Under the pieces are notes generated by a model. That model saw only the letters and a list, made by a program, of their open reading frames with translations. It searched no databases and had not been told where the DNA came from. The position numbers and the translations under genes are program-made. This document shows positions 63,046-64,000 of a stretch of 64,000 bases of DNA, in pieces. This DNA is from Candidatus Latescibacterota bacterium (GTDB taxonomy: Bacteria > Latescibacterota > CBDEFO01). The stretch spans positions 256,001 through 320,000 of the forward strand of contig CBDEFO010000004.1 of NCBI GenBank assembly GCA_965237525.1, given 5' to 3'. The stretch's first letter is position 1, and each line of letters begins with the position of its first letter.

Positions 63046-64000
63046 ATGGGAAATAGGAAAGTTTTCACAATATTAATCTGCGCTCTCTTCCTGTTGTTGC
63101 CCAATAGAGCACAGTCAAAACTGGGGCTTAAGGTTCCGGATAACTACAGCACATTCTGGAACAAAGGCGGGAACGGGAGATCAGGGAGGATGTCTCTATC
63201 TAACGATTCTCCAGCTCTTCTTGAAAGCAACGGCAAAATGATCCAGGACGAGCTGGAAGTGTATCCGGGACTGAATAGGGTGAAGTTTGTGAAGATGTTC
63301 GGGAAGTCCCGATATGGGTGGCCTGTTACCTTAGGTGTCGATGACTTTGTCCAACTGAGCACAGACATGGACAGGGGGAAATTATGGTTCGACAGGGATG
63401 CCGTAAGAGAGAATAAAATGGACAGAAAGAAGGACGGTGGACTGAGCATCAATATTCCGGTGAAGATACCAAAGGCTTTAAGGAGCTTCATAGGTGAAGG
63501 GAGCCGAGTCAAGGTGTCAGGGAGGCGGAAGATCAGCTTTTCGGGCAGAAGCGAGTGGACAGAAGGGCAGATCGTTACGGCTAGATCCAGGCCATCTAAG
63601 TTCCCGTCTCTCAACATGAAGCAGGACTCCAGGTTCACCGTAGAGGGGATCATCGGAGAGAGAATTCACGTTCAAGTGGAGCAGGACAGCAGAGGGCGAA
63701 CGGACAACGCTATAAAACTCAGATACGACGGGATAGAGGACGGAATAATTCAGGAGATAGAGGCGGGAAACACTACTTTGTCTCTCCCCGGAACGCAGTT
63801 TGTGGGCTTCAGCGCTCAAAGTAAAGGGCTCTTCGGAATCAGGGCCAAAAGCAAGGTAGGCTCTGTCGATATAACAACTATTGTGAGTCAAGAGAAGTCT
63901 TCAGGAAAGAAAAAGACGTTCAGAGGCGGAGCACAACAGAACAAACCCAGAAGGATAAAGGATTTCCAGTACGTAAGGAACAAGTACTTCTTTCTGGATC
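63046..64000 (+). CDS. sprA: T9SS outer-membrane translocon SprA, 5' part (runs off the window; absent from the ORF track)
   Basis: Manual translation: MGNRKVFTILICALFLLLPNRAQS...G.IGERIHVQV...NAIKLRYDG.ED.IIQEIEAGNTTLSLPG...GLFGIR...IVSQEK...NKYFFLD. Confidence 0.85.
   Translation, partial: MGNRKVFTILICALFLLLPNRAQSKLGLKVPDNYSTFWNKGGNGRSGRMSLSNDSPALLESNGKMIQDELEVYPGLNRVKFVKMFGKSRYGWPVTLGVDDFVQLSTDMDRGKLWFDRDAVRENKMDRKKDGGLSINIPVKIPKALRSFIGEGSRVKVSGRRKISFSGRSEWTEGQIVTARSRPSKFPSLNMKQDSRFTVEGIIGERIHVQVEQDSRGRTDNAIKLRYDGIEDGIIQEIEAGNTTLSLPGTQFVGFSAQSKGLFGIRAKSKVGSVDITTIVSQEKSSGKKKTFRGGAQQNKPRRIKDFQYVRNKYFFLD

Overview
Bacterial chromosomal segment. An FCB-superphylum-like lineage is inferred from sprA, T9SS/FlgD-Ig C-terminal domains and cohesin/dockerin proteins. 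Housekeeping and metabolic genes are intact: tRNA-Asp, htrA, icd, PurS-PurS-PurL fusion, xanthine-dehydrogenase-family operon, sat/cysH, lptFG and the 5' part of sprA. Seven recent IS copies are interspersed: four IS1182-family elements (1519 bp, YTAA targets) and three 1302-bp DDE elements with GGTT/AACC ends and 6-bp AGTARN duplications. Flagellin, pcrA/uvrD and every T9SS-CTD protein in the window are broken by IS insertions, nonsense codons, frameshifts or deletions. The most unusual signal is at least three unrelated families of short intergenic repeats: GTAG-type REPs, a ~50-80 bp GGCGCCGTGGGCGCTTTG element, and a ~23 bp TCCCCGATTGAATCTATCGGGG palindrome. These nest inside one another and also sit in frame inside coding sequences (twice in purL, once in the Xdh Mo-subunit, once in a T9SS protein, and forming the LptF C-terminus), reminiscent of Rickettsia palindromic elements. 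All calls are from reading the sequence; no database search was run.
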